DNA from: Minutocellus sp. GHC0000111
Taxonomy: Eukaryota
NCBI GenBank assembly: GCA_977018835.1
Contig: OZ361259.1
Span: 2,046,001-2,110,000, forward strand
Length of the DNA: 64,000 nucleotides
Direction of reading: 5' to 3'
The position numbers were made by a program, and so were the translations under genes. Below the pieces are notes generated by a model, which ran no database searches, had not been told where the DNA came from, and saw nothing but the letters and a program-made list of their open reading frames with translations. Position 1 is the stretch's first letter. The number at the start of each line of letters is the position of its first letter. Positions 55,610-64,000 of this stretch are shown here, one piece after another.

Positions 55610-56736
55610 GATGCAGAGAAGATACACCGATGCAAAATTTACTGGATGAGCAGTAAAATTAGTAGTTCTGAATGTATTAGGAGCTGGTAGGAGTGTGAAT
55701 ATGTGAGATGAGGAGATTGTGATTTTAGTCGGTTTGTGTCGTATTTTCAAGAGATTCTGATGCAGATGGTGCAAGCAGGAACTAATTATTTCGGAAGGAT
55801 CTCTGTGAATGAAGAAATCACGACCAAATAGTTTTCTGAATGTAATATTTCACTGGAATTTGCTACAGATTTGTCAAATTTTAAGATATCTGATCTAATT
55901 GTTTTGGAAGGATCTCTGAGTTTGACAAAAAGCAAAATCTGATACGAATTGGAAAATTAAAAGTTTGAAAGGAAAACAGATTGATGCAGTTCTAGAAATT
56001 CCCTAAAATTATGTAACAAAAGTCGACATGTTGCAATGAGTTTACTGCACTAAACAAAATAACTATTTGTACAATTTGGATTGCTATTTAAGTAATGTAT
56101 TTGTACAATTTGGGTTGCTGTATGGTCACGATGCATCAGGACAAACACATTGTAAATGTGCTAGTGCAACGTGCGCATGCAAGCATCATTGCCTTGTTTC
56201 ATAAACCACCACGATGCTGCCATGACAACTTTTGTATCCATGACTAAAGAGTTTGAATGTAACTTAACAGGAACACGTGTTTCCATTGTCTTGGTTGCTG
56301 CGACATTCGTTGCGCATCGTTACGGAAAGCGTCATCCCGCATGGAACTTTCCACCCCCAGAAGAAACTGCACAAGAAAGGGCCCTTCTTGATTCCATTAT
56401 TCCACATCTAATGAAAATGCAGGAATCAATTCGTTCCGCTAAACAGGAGGAAGGGGCAGAATTCGGTTGTAGACCAGAAGGCCTTGACATTGTCGAAGGC
56501 ATCATCAGGCGTAATGTTTGAAGTAAATTAGTAAGGCATTTAGCATTTAGTATGTTCGTATGGTGTAGTAGTAATATTCGTAATATTTGATGTAACAGGT
56601 TAATAGTGGGTGTGTGTTGTAGATTATTGAGATGTCATGGGTGCCGTGTTGTCATAAGGGGAATGTTGACATGCACACATGCTGCCGTCATGCTACTGCA
56701 GCATGTTGGATGCAGTGTGTTGGATGTCAACTTGCC

Positions 56737-57192
56737 TTACTGACTGGACACAGCAGGAGACAAAGTTTCTATTTGTGCCTTTTCTCTTCTGCTGCAGGAG
56801 GATGTGATTACGCACCCTTTGAATTTGGGGGGAAGGAGGCAGTCTTTTGGGACTGGGACCGTCTCTTTGCCGAAGGAGCTGAGGACTTCATTATTCGTTT
56901 CCGCGCACTTGATAATGTCGGGCGGAATGATGGAAGCACCAAAGTTATCCTGAAACTTGCTGAGCAAGGTGTGGAAATGCATGATTTCAGAGGCAGTGGA
57001 CTCCTTGGTGAGTGCATTCTTTTCAGCCTTGCGGTTAAGACGAACAATGAATTCGTTCATCTCCGATGCTTCGGCTCGAAATTCAGCAAACGCATCGGAA
57101 TTCGGAAATTGATACACAACGACGTGAGGTCCAGTCGCGTACACGGCACGAACAACTGAGTCTGAAGCTGAATCTGTAGAAGTAGTTGTCAT
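56737..57192 (-). CDS. Orphan ORF or exon inside the TIR element
   Basis: ~150-aa open frame starting MTTTSTDS; possible GTAAGG donor at its end. Confidence 0.4.
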   Translation of the reverse strand: MTTTSTDSASDSVVRAVYATGPHVVVYQFPNSDAFAEFRAEASEMNEFIVRLNRKAEKNALTKESTASEIMHFHTLLSKFQDNFGASIIPPDIIKCAETNNEVLSSFGKETVPVPKDCLLPPKFKGCVITSSCSRREKAQIETLSPAVSSQ

Positions 57193-57770
57193 GGCGGCAA
57201 TTCCGGTGTCAGCAAAAGAGAGAAGGTTCTGATAATGGAAAGAAGAGAGAGAGCGTTGTTGGTGCCAGAAAGAACGACGATGATCGGCTGGAAGCACGCA
57301 CTCTCTCAGTACATGTAGTTAGTTGCCACACGCAAGAACAAGAATCGCTGACCAGCTACGCATACATTAGAGGGGATTCAGGAACAGGAGATGAAAGCCC
57401 CGGGCCTGAGGTGTAACGAGAGAAGCTCGGGGAAAGAGTCTCGCTCTGCGCATGAGCTGGATCTCCGAGACGGAAGCGAAACACCGAGGGCGGCATCCCA
57501 CCCTAGGCCTACCTTTCCTGCGTAACCCTAACCCTCTAAAAAATATAACAATTAGGTCAGAAATTGAAAAAAAGAGCTAAATTCCAAATAAATTAGGTGT
57601 AAAACTCGGAGATTTGTGGAACGTTATCGCTTTGCAGCTTCTCGTCCGCTCGATTTTCGAGATGTGAAACGACGGACAGACAGACAGTTCAATGAAATCG
57701 AAAACGAGATGCGTCAGTCGGCTCATACTCCAAGTATCGGTATCTCCATTAGTTTGCAAGTTTGGGTACG

Positions 57771-60170
57771 ATGAGGATTCCAATGGCATGTGTGGCTGCC
57801 CTTGCAGCCGCCCTGCTGATGGGCTGGTCGGACGCTTTCAATTCGCCATCGGCGAAAACTGCTTCGACCCATCACATGCTGCCGTCGAGGTCGTCCTCAC
57901 CTCTTCTTCAAGCCCAGCCGACCGCCGTTGAGGAGGAATCCACGACGTCTACGGCGGTAGACGGCAGTATTCCGTTCCAAAGTAGGGGCAAGGTCAATGA
58001 GATCGATTTCTGCATGGCCCCATCGGATGTGTCGCTTTCGCGATCGTACGGTGCCACAAGCAGCAGCAGCAGTGATAAAACGGCCGAGGCCGAGACCAAG
58101 ACCGACGCCGAGGTTGAGGTTCAGGCGGCTGCTGCAACAACAGCAGCCGCCGCGTCAGCCACCGATGCGTCGGGAAGGCGAGTCCTATCGCTGACGAGGT
58201 CACTCAACAACGCCAGCAACCGAGCGGTTCGGAGGATATTGCTTTCCAGATCGTGGCCATCGGCCGAGGCTCTCAACTTAAGTTTGCGGCAGGTACTGGC
58301 CAAGGAGAAGGAGCTCAGTGGAGACCTCAGCTCTGCTGCCAGTGATGTGGTTGCTGCTGCTGGTACTGGTACTGAAGCGGCTATGGCGGAGTCAACGTCG
58401 AAATGTCCAGTACCGCGGCCAATTCTCAACATTATCATGAGACGGAAAGATGACGGCGGCACCAGTATCGGCCTCAAGGACAAGGCCGTGGTCCGCAAAG
58501 GTGGAGAGGAGGAAGCCAGCAATGATGCCGATGAGGAAGAAACACCCATACCACGCAGCAGTAAAAGTGGTCGTACCGACGAGGAATGGGTTGCAGAACA
58601 GCTCGATACCTTCCGAGAAAGCTATGAAGCGCTGCCAGGATATCAGTACGCCGATGCCTACTTGGAATGCATTCTTAATTTGGCAACCAGTGGAGTCGAG
58701 TCGCCACGTGTGGCGGAAGTCCTGGCCGCTGGTGTTTACGATGAGGCATACATGAGAGTTATTTCAGTACTCAAAAGTGTTGGCGTTGTCTTTGAGAACG
58801 AGCCTGATAGTGGAGACCCTCCTCGAAAAAGGATAGCGTCGAAACTCGTTGACAAGGATATTTGTTTGTCGATGATGGACAAATTAATCCTTGCCAAAGA
58901 GAAGCAAGGGATCCTGCCCTCTCCCACCGACGCTGTTTTATTTCCATCCAAATCTGGTACTGATACAAGCGGAATTGATCAGAAGTCTAGCGGCAGTGAC
59001 TCTATCACTGGAGATGGAGTCCTCGCCGAAATCACGCAAGAGTCAACAGAGGATGAGGAAGAAGAGGAGAAAGAAGAACCTGTGGAAACCAAAGCAGTGG
59101 AAAAAGTTCCAAAGAAGGGGCTAAAGAAACTTATGTTTTGGGTCAAAGAAAAGGACGCCAAGAATGATCCGGAGGAGTTTTCTGAAATAGTTTCCGAAGA
59201 GGAAGATGCCGCAGAGGAAATTGAAGCTCCGACCACTGATGACAACAATGCCGATGTTACGGCTGAGGAAGAGATTGAAATCACGCCAGAAGATCTTGGA
59301 GCTGTACTGTTGAGCGCCAAGGAGCCAACCATGACGAGACAACTCAATGTATTGTCAAATATTGTACAGCGAGCGCTTCTGTTCGGTGGAGATCAGGAAC
59401 TCTTGGTGCTATCAGAGACCTTGGAAGCAGACAAGCCTGCCTTTATCCAGCGATGGTATCCAAATGCAGAAGGAGATGGCACTGCTCAGCCTGGAGTGCA
59501 GTACTTTACGTCCTTGGTGAAACTTCTGAACGGTTGTTACGAAAATGGCATCCAGACTGATCTTGATCCTCCTGTATCTTTGACCCCGAGTTACGCCAAT
59601 GCTTACGAACGTCTCATAGCTAGTTGCATCGAGCTTGGGTCAGGATACATCAAGCCGGCATCCTCCAAAAGTGTCCTTCCCAAGAGCGCAAAGGAGGAGC
59701 TTGGCAGGTTCGCAAAGTGGGAAACTACGATCCGACAGACTAGCCCTGATATTAGTTCCTACCCCGAAGATATGGTTGGTACGTGGCAGGTCAAGGATGA
59801 GGTCGGCGGCAAGACGATTGGAGTTTCCAATGTGGAATTTAAGCCAGAGGGGGAGGTCGTTGTTAAGGCACCATTGCAGGGTCTCCGATGGAGGCTCGAT
59901 CCTGGCCCGACTCACTTAGACACCTGCACATTCCAAGTATTGAGTGATGATGGTGCAATATTGCAGTATCGAGGTTTCGTCGATCGAGGGGCCCGTCTCG
60001 AGGCGAGATTCTCAAACCGATCCATCAAGATCAGAGGCGGGGTTTCGTTCCTGATGCGTGACGGCGACGTTGCTTTGCTTGGCGATGATTATGCCAAGGA
60101 CGTTCTCCCAATAAATTACCAAGCCGGTGCAACACGATTTGTAATGTCCAAGGTGTTTGACGTTGCATAG
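57771..60170 (+). CDS. Hypothetical plastid-targeted protein with beta-rich (lipocalin-like) C-terminus
   Basis: Signal peptide plus SDA-FNSP; ~800 aa; MVGTWQV..EFKPEGEV..WRLDPGP..LQYRG. Confidence 0.75.
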   Translation: MRIPMACVAALAAALLMGWSDAFNSPSAKTASTHHMLPSRSSSPLLQAQPTAVEEESTTSTAVDGSIPFQSRGKVNEIDFCMAPSDVSLSRSYGATSSSSSDKTAEAETKTDAEVEVQAAAATTAAAASATDASGRRVLSLTRSLNNASNRAVRRILLSRSWPSAEALNLSLRQVLAKEKELSGDLSSAASDVVAAAGTGTEAAMAESTSKCPVPRPILNIIMRRKDDGGTSIGLKDKAVVRKGGEEEASNDADEEETPIPRSSKSGRTDEEWVAEQLDTFRESYEALPGYQYADAYLECILNLATSGVESPRVAEVLAAGVYDEAYMRVISVLKSVGVVFENEPDSGDPPRKRIASKLVDKDICLSMMDKLILAKEKQGILPSPTDAVLFPSKSGTDTSGIDQKSSGSDSITGDGVLAEITQESTEDEEEEEKEEPVETKAVEKVPKKGLKKLMFWVKEKDAKNDPEEFSEIVSEEEDAAEEIEAPTTDDNNADVTAEEEIEITPEDLGAVLLSAKEPTMTRQLNVLSNIVQRALLFGGDQELLVLSETLEADKPAFIQRWYPNAEGDGTAQPGVQYFTSLVKLLNGCYENGIQTDLDPPVSLTPSYANAYERLIASCIELGSGYIKPASSKSVLPKSAKEELGRFAKWETTIRQTSPDISSYPEDMVGTWQVKDEVGGKTIGVSNVEFKPEGEVVVKAPLQGLRWRLDPGPTHLDTCTFQVLSDDGAILQYRGFVDRGARLEARFSNRSIKIRGGVSFLMRDGDVALLGDDYAKDVLPINYQAGATRFVMSKVFDVA

Positions 60171-60281
60171 CGCATATATACTCAATGCTGAAATAATAGA
60201 AGTTCATAATGTTCAAGAGTATTAGTTTTTTGAAGATATATACCGAGTTCCTATCGATCTATCTACGCGCCAGCTACGTAG

Positions 60282-61559
60282 CTAGCACCACTGTCTATTG
60301 GATCTAGCTCTACTATTTCCCCTCCCACGGCCTCCATATCCGCGCCCATCTCTACCAAAACGTCCCCTACCGGCTCCAAAGCGGCCGGCACCCCGACCGC
60401 CGCGACCACCTCCACCTCTTCCTCCCTGATTTTTTGATCTCAAATAGATCATACGTTCATGGTGCCGCTTGCTATTCAAATGCTCCTCCATTTGAACGGG
60501 CGAAGTGAATTGCTTTCTGCAGGCCTGGCAGTACGTCGCTTTCCTCTCGGCCTTCACAGCAGCTTTATGAAAGTCCGTTTTCTTATGTGCGAGGAAACTC
60601 TCCATATCCTTGCTCTGCACGGAACAAACGCGGCAATAGAAAGGAATGCGTTCGTGGGATCGAGCTTCGTACCCCGAGAGCACCTCCTTGACAGCCTCTC
60701 GAAGCCCTTCGTTTATGTCTTCATCATCGTTATTTGAAGTTTTTCTCTTGTTTTTCTTTTCCTTTTCCTTTTCGCCGTCCCCATCTACATCCGCATCGAT
60801 GCCTTTCAACTTTCGTCTTTTCATCTGAGGGAGAGCACTCTTTGGAAGAGGGGCAATTCTCTCGGCCTCGAGATTTGATCGGATTATGCCGCCTTCAGAA
60901 GGCACGTGATCGTCTGAATTATTCATCCTATCGTCAGTATATTCAGTGGACGGTCCAAATGAAATCTTTCTCTTTGATTTGCCTCCCAATTCATCATCAT
61001 CAGGGATGCTTTCGTCGTCACTTCCTTCAGAATACTCGGACGAGTCATCATCATCATCACTGCCAGCCGCCAACTCTGCCTCTAGACGGCGAATTTCATC
61101 ATCAATGTCTTCTCTTTCATCTTCCGATCCATCGTCGTCACCTCCATACGTCTCCTTTTCATCGGTCTTGCTACTCTCTCCTGCCCTCTTTCTCATCACT
61201 TCTGCAAATGGTAGGGGCTCATCTTTGTCCTGTGAATCGCTTTCACTGGATGAACCGGAATCGTTTTCACTGGATGAACCGGAGTCACCAGAGCCACCGC
61301 TAGACTCAGATTCTTTCTCATCCGGGAATATCATGTATCGGCTGCTGCCGCCGTCCTCACCAAGTTCTTTCACCCTACCACTCTTGACAAGCTCCTTCAG
61401 CGCCTTCTTCACTTCGCCCTTGTCCAGGTCCTTGAGTTTGCTCTCCTTGACGCATTTCGACGTAATTTTCTTTCTCTTGAGCGATTTATTTTCTCCGCAA
61501 GAAGAAAGAATGGCAATAATGTCCGACTTGAGCGCGTCGAGCTTACTACTCGGCGACAT
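60282..61559 (-). CDS. C2H2 (matrin/JAZ-type) zinc-finger protein with RGG tail, likely RNA-binding
   Basis: FYCRVC..H..H and YCQACRKQFTS..H.NSKRH; acidic middle; GRGG repeats. Confidence 0.8.
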   Translation of the reverse strand: MSPSSKLDALKSDIIAILSSCGENKSLKRKKITSKCVKESKLKDLDKGEVKKALKELVKSGRVKELGEDGGSSRYMIFPDEKESESSGGSGDSGSSSENDSGSSSESDSQDKDEPLPFAEVMRKRAGESSKTDEKETYGGDDDGSEDEREDIDDEIRRLEAELAAGSDDDDDSSEYSEGSDDESIPDDDELGGKSKRKISFGPSTEYTDDRMNNSDDHVPSEGGIIRSNLEAERIAPLPKSALPQMKRRKLKGIDADVDGDGEKEKEKKNKRKTSNNDDEDINEGLREAVKEVLSGYEARSHERIPFYCRVCSVQSKDMESFLAHKKTDFHKAAVKAERKATYCQACRKQFTSPVQMEEHLNSKRHHERMIYLRSKNQGGRGGGGRGGRGAGRFGAGRGRFGRDGRGYGGRGRGNSRARSNRQWC

Positions 61560-61885
61560 GGTCAGGCTCTCTATTCAATTGAGGCGAGGATTCCCGCTTT
61601 GACTGCGGTGTCCACCGACCGATTTGTGGTTGGCGTGGTTGGTTGGCGCTCGGAGATGTTCGGCGTTTGAATGGCAAACTGCGACTACGACGCCTGGTAT
61701 GCGAGCACCTGGCTGACACCAAGCAAACCCACGATGAAAGCAAACCCACCACGTTGCATCGTATCCAGAACCGCATGACCGCTATCACCGCTGATCACGC
61801 AAGAACATCAGGGTGATATCCGAACCAAAACACACACGGGTAAGCCTTTTGAAGCCATCGCTGGTAGGAGAAAGGGCTTCATCAC

Positions 61886-63139
61886 ATGATACCATCAATG
61901 GCATCAGCACCTTCCCTCGTAGCTGCTGCCTCCGCCGCCGCTGCTGGACCAGCATCGGCTTCCTCGACGGCAGCAGCCGCAGTGGCCGATGTGAGCAGCT
62001 CCATCCTTGGAAACAAGGGATTTGTGGGATCGGCTTGGATTATATCCTCCGCCCTTCTTACCACATACTCCACGACCAGCTTTCTGAAATATTCTGGCCC
62101 CAGGATTCACGACGAAATGGACGGCATAAGTAATCCCAAAAAGAATAAGAACGCCTTTGGAGATGTTTGGGCTCGTTTGAAGAGACGAGAAAAAGAGCAA
62201 GACGACGGAGCGGTCGACGTTGTTTCCATCGAAAGCAACCGCTCTGGTAATGCCCTGTCCCGTCCGACTTTGCTGACTCTGTAACGCTTCGCTGGATCTC
62301 TGTTCTTGGGACTGATTTTTCATCAACCCCTTTTGGCTGTAATGGATCGCGTCGGACATACTGTGGCATCTGTGCCCCTGTTTGCCCTCCCCGCCACATT
62401 CCTCTTTGTTGCCAATTATGCCAACTCCATCTCGCTGGATCGGATTGGCATATCCTTGACGTACACATCGAAATGTGGGATCCCGCTTATAACTGTGCTG
62501 ATGACGCTGCTTCTCGATGGTCCAGCCGCACTGCCTTCTACTCTGACTCTCATGACACTCATCCCCATTGCCATGGGGATCGCGGCTGCCTCTTGGGCAC
62601 ACCCAACATTCGAACCTATTGGATTTGCTGCTGCGATGCTCTCCTGCGTTGCACAGGCAGCGCTGAACATCAGTAGTAAGAAGGTCATGACGGCCAGCGG
62701 CATCACTGGTGCGGACGCTCAGCGGGCGATGGTATGTGTTGCTCTTCTGATAACGTTATCAATGAGCGTTGTGAATCACATTCGGCATGTAAGCAAAGAC
62801 CCGGCATTAGAAGGAGAGAAGACCAAGATGGTCGAAATGACTATGGATCATACCACAAAGAGGGTGCCCAAGGACCCACCAGCTTGGTTGGCTTGGTTTG
62901 CAGTTGTGAGCTACCACGTGGAATATATCTTATCCTTCATGTTTGTAAAGCTCGTCGAGCCCATAACTTACGGAACATGCGATGCCATTCGAAGGCTTGC
63001 CATTATTGTTTCCGGCCACAAAATGTTCGGAGGGGAACCCTTTTCAAAGCTCAATTTGGCAGGCATTGGAATGTCCCTACTTGGCGCTCTTGCTTTCGCA
63101 TTATCGAGCGCCAAAACTGTGGCAAAGATCAAACCTTAA
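61886..63139 (+). CDS. TPT/SLC35E-like drug-metabolite transporter; in-frame TAA at 62282-62284
   Basis: Same frame on both sides of the stop (LLTL*RFAGS); LTYTSKCGIPLITV, PITYGTCDAIRRLAII; multiple TMs. Confidence 0.75.
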
Positions 63140-63294
63140 GTGCCCTTTATGCCATTCGAAAGTCAATGTCTAATCACTGGGTTTAGTCATTGTTATAGTA
63201 ATGGACTTTACTTTTGTATGTACACTACACGTATGGTGTTGCATTTAGCTTTTCTCGTTCAATAAGATATCCTTAAACGATACCTTCGAATATG

Positions 63295-64000
63295 TTAATG
63301 TTTGCTTCTCTCAAACTTAAGGACAACGCTTCGCATTTCACCTGTTTGAAACCAAGATTTGAGGCTCTCATCACATTCCACCACACCATTGAAGACCGCC
63401 ATTAGCCAACCCGAATGACTCGCCACACCAATGTGCGTCTCTGATCGTTCCGACATCCAATTCAAAAAGCTATAGATTCGCTCTCCAACTTCAGGTTTTG
63501 ATTCACGTCGATCATCCATAAAGAGATCATCTTCTTCAGACTTAATCTGAGAGAAATCTACCATCGGAAATTCTTTCTGTTGTAAACTTTTCGGTCTGCG
63601 CTTATCGCACGTATGGACTCCAGTACACTCTCGTACATCTTCGTGGGCGACGAAAGGGATCTCACCAACCAAGTGATCAAAGGCGAGGAGACCCGTTTGA
63701 ATTGCCCGGCACTGAGAAGATACAACTACCATCTCGGGCTGGTTAGCAAATGACTGTGTTTTGGGCTGCAGAAGAAGAGCTTGCTGCCTCCCTATATCTG
63801 TAAGAGGTGCATCTAATATCTCAGGCATTACGTATGGATTTGCCTTGGTCTTGCTGTATTGCTCCCACTCTCGTCCGTCCTCCTTGGCAAGATCTGCAAG
63901 CAAATTATGAAATCCCTGTCCATGTCTCACGAAATGAACAACCTTGGCATTTGTGCCGTTAACCTCGGGTGCATTTGGATCGTCAAGTGCGTAGGCCTTG
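63295..64000 (-). CDS. Histidine phosphatase / phosphoglycerate-mutase-like protein, 5' end outside window
   Basis: VHFVRHGQGFHN, DAPLTDIGRQQA, RAIQT, HTCDKRR, VASHSGWL. Confidence 0.88.
   Translation of the reverse strand, partial: KAYALDDPNAPEVNGTNAKVVHFVRHGQGFHNLLADLAKEDGREWEQYSKTKANPYVMPEILDAPLTDIGRQQALLLQPKTQSFANQPEMVVVSSQCRAIQTGLLAFDHLVGEIPFVAHEDVRECTGVHTCDKRRPKSLQQKEFPMVDFSQIKSEEDDLFMDDRRESKPEVGERIYSFLNWMSERSETHIGVASHSGWLMAVFNGVVECDESLKSWFQTGEMRSVVLKFERSKH

Larger units (their letters stand above)
53900..57627. mobile_element. 3.7-kb TIR element with no recognisable transposase
   Basis: ~80-bp TIRs (53900-53979 / 57549-57627; one mismatch and one T-run indel); flanking direct repeat cgctttgc(a) at 53892 and 57628. 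Confidence 0.9.

Noticed and set aside
1..64000. tRNA, rRNA or snRNA genes
   Set aside because: None recognised by eye; tRNAscan-SE/Infernal would be needed to exclude them.

Overview
Gene-dense eukaryotic nuclear DNA, most likely a diatom or another ochrophyte. The evidence is short GT-AG introns, signal peptide plus ASAF/AW-type plastid leaders, DRP5B/ARC5 and a Glu-type PTPS. About 30 protein genes are recognisable: DRP5B 3' end, MscS, three prefoldin-family genes, an EngB GTPase, RPN8, two QVGIRCxHC-domain proteins, DUF3172, two TPT-family transporters, PTPS-III, ABCF, Eco1/ESCO, kinesin-5, OCRL/INPP5B, two PILS-like carriers, a Cof HAD hydrolase, TyrA, a zinc-finger/RGG protein and a histidine phosphatase. 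Mobile DNA comprises a 5'-truncated RLE-type LINE fragment between ~60-bp direct repeats, a 516-bp hAT-type MITE, a 5-kb Tc1/mariner-like element with a very long transposase and a second ORF, a 3.7-kb element with ~80-bp TIRs and only orphan ORFs, and a possible MITE relic. The most striking signal is a 1.2-kb part of the mariner transposase with a single TpA dinucleotide, no Tyr codons and CpG retained. With similar traces in other elements, this suggests a TpA->TpG/CpA repeat-directed mutation process running opposite to fungal RIP. Several host genes carry frameshifts or in-frame stops that may be assembly errors. No rRNA, tRNA or CRISPR array was seen. All calls are by eye, without database searches.
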